From: Selaginella moellendorffii
Taxonomy: Eukaryota; Plantae; Lycopodiophyta
Length of the DNA stretch: 64,000 bases
NCBI RefSeq assembly: GCF_000143415.4
Contig: NW_003314291.1
Location: 469,316 to 533,315 of the forward strand
Direction: 5' to 3'
The position numbers were made by a program, and so were the translations under genes. The notes under the pieces are model-generated. The model saw only the letters and a list, made by a program, of their open reading frames with translations, did not search any database and was not told where the DNA came from. Shown in pieces: positions 61,669 to 64,000 of the stretch. Every line of letters begins with the position of its first letter. The first letter of the stretch is position 1.

Positions 61669-62789
61669 GTTTCTCCTTGAAAAAAATTTCTCACCAAGAA
61701 AACCACCGAGATCCTCTGCGGACACCAGACACGTTTTACAATTATTACATGTACACTTGTTGACACCACGCTTATTTTTATTTTGCTTATGCAAAAAATT
61801 ATAAATAATATAATTACAGATTATAATGAATCAAGTATAGGGAGGTATAGTATAGCTGGGAAGTGTACTGATATGCTACAAGATAAATTCATTCATTCCT
61901 TCATTCATATTTTATTTATATGATCTTACGAGGGATTTAAATAAGCTTTACAAATGATTTTCTCCAGTGTTTGGCAGCCAATATCTGTCTCCACCTCTAG
62001 TGTGTCTAGTATCACCCGAATCTCTTCCTCTTCCTCACTGTTACCCTTTGGGTAATGGTTGATGTAGTGGAGTTGCAAGTGTAAATTACTAGAGCTTGAC
62101 ATATGAAGTCCATCTCTTGTAAGAATTTATATAGTTGGATTGTCCATTTTGTACTACCAACAATGACATGGTTAGCCTAAGGGATTGTTTATATGTCAGA
62201 CAATTGTTGACAACATGGTTCACATCCTCCACCTTTTCAAGACAAGTAGCTCACAAATCAATGTTTGGATGCAAATGTTTTTCAAATGCATAAGTATGCA
62301 TTGGCATGCATGCCATGTTTGCATAGTTTTGTACACATTAGTGCCATATAAGAATTTTTATTGCATCTCAGACAAGTCTGAATCAAATGCACACCCTAAT
62401 TCTAAAAATGGGGGTCTCATTATACTTTTCCTCTCTAAATAGACACCAAAGTTATAAGCTTGTCACCTTTCTCTTTAGCTTTTGTTTCTTACCTCATAGA
62501 GGAAACTTGCACTATTAATTAGATTAATAAATAATAAGCACTACTATTAAACAAACCAAGCATTAGTATGCACTAAATCATTTTTAATTGTGGATGGAGA
62601 GAGCAATGTCATTTAGAGCAATTGGAATCATCTAGAAAGCTAAAAGGATTCAGAGTTCTTCGTCTATCACTCAATTACACACCTCATTGCTGCTGTACTT
62701 CTATTTGAACAACAGGGCTGAAGAAGACGGTCGCATTGTAAATGAGATATGAGGAATGCTAGGTGAAGTTCAGCACCTGGAAATCAAAG

Positions 62790-64000
62790 TTAAGTCCCAT
62801 GACGCTGCAAACATTCGAAAACTAGCTTGAGAAAAGAAAGCAAAACGTAAAATCGAGGAATAGGAATAGTTTTCTTCCAGCGGTGATCAATGCGTACCTC
62901 TTTGGCCGACAATTGAGCAGCACTTGCGGATAGAAGCTGATCAACCACACTGAGAACGCAAACCATCCAAGAAGTTGATAGATCACGTAGATTGCCAAGA
63001 CGTCGTGCTGTTGAAAGCTGGAGTGAACCGATTGTGAAGTGCGCCACTCCTAGAGTCACAAGGTGAAAGTTTTTCATTTGCTCCCAGATTCGTATTTCTG
63101 TGTGCTGAAGGTGAGAAGCTCTCCCGATAGTGAGGCTGTCTGCATGCAATCTGGTGGTGGAGAAGTGTCCATCTTGTAAGTGCATTTATTTATTTCGAAT
63201 TGGAGACTGATTTGAGTTCCTTCTCTTTCTAACAGCCACCATGAAGTTGCAGCCATCCTCGTCCTGTTCAGCGGTGGGGGCAGAGGCATCGTCAGGCAAC
63301 ACGTTGCTTGTTTTCTCCAGATTTTGGAAAAGAGACTTCATGCCAAGCTGCAAAAGATAGACAGAAGTAAAATCTGATTGCATATAACTTGTCACGAACC
63401 ATGTATCTCCAAGCCGCTAGCTTCGGAGGCAAATACATTAGGCTGATGCACTGACTAAGCTTGATGAGAAGCTTCCGTAGCAAAGGACTGGGAGTTGCAA
63501 CGGGCGAGTCAGATAGCGTACTCACTTCCTTCCATGGAACAGGTGCAATTTCCAGAAGAATGCTACGATCCCCGACCTGCGTAGAATGCGTTAACGCAGG
63601 GGACATCTCAACTTAAAAATTCTAGCCTGTGCATTGACAGTACCAGGGATAAGAAAAAACTCCAGTAGAGCTGCCTTGGGGTGTTTTCAGTGCATCGTGT
63701 GACCAGGCCATGAATGCGCCGAGAAGAACTCAAGCTAATTAAGATCATTTACAAGAACTTATTCGTACCCGAGAAGATGAGAATGAATATCTGGCTGCGT
63801 CAAAAGTCCGGACAGAACGACTCCGGCCATTTCGCAAACAGGACCAGAGCATGACAAGAACTGCTTGCAGAAGTTCAGCATTCTCTCGACGAGAGGTGAC
63901 GAAGATGCTGTGCTCGTTGTCAAGTAGCCCAAGGCAGTGAGGGCAACTGTATACTTCGAGTTCTGATGGCTGGTGAGGGAAGAACTTGACCACGGTCTTG
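62790..64000 (-). pseudogene. TBCD: Tubulin-folding cofactor D-like partial, degenerate copy running off the window end
   Basis: KTVVKFFPHQPSELE; SPLLRKLLIKLSQCISLMYLPPKLAAWRY; acidic linker EQDED; similarity fades afterwards and stops are present. Confidence 0.7.

Overview
Land-plant nuclear DNA. Very short introns (about 50-60 bp), compact genes and a Tcn1-type chromovirus suggest the lycophyte Selaginella; this is inference. The 1-22.7 kb part is gene-dense: NIF/FCP1-like phosphatase ORF, an intronless secreted PEBP-family gene, peroxisomal enoyl-CoA hydratase 2 (ends in SKL), an NDR1/HIN1-like gene, a frameshifted Crinkler-like gene hit by a non-autonomous hAT element, a small secreted Cys-rich peptide, and degenerate copies of a PBS1-like kinase, a PPR, an ACBP4-like Kelch protein and HSP70 (internally inverted). 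The 24-45 kb part is a transposon nest. An old non-coding LARD-like LTR element is interrupted by a TRIM carrying a tandem array, by a solo LTR, and by a block holding a truncated Copia, a Sola2-like transposase remnant and a second TRIM. The Copia itself contains a young copy of the same LARD family. The 46-64 kb part holds MCCB (with an N gap), a young chromovirus nested in an old gypsy element, an F-box gene flanked by MCCB fragments, and a partial TBCD-like gene. The chromovirus has an apparent self-priming PBS and a -1 frameshift signal. All alignments, motif calls and mismatch counts were made by eye; no searches were run.
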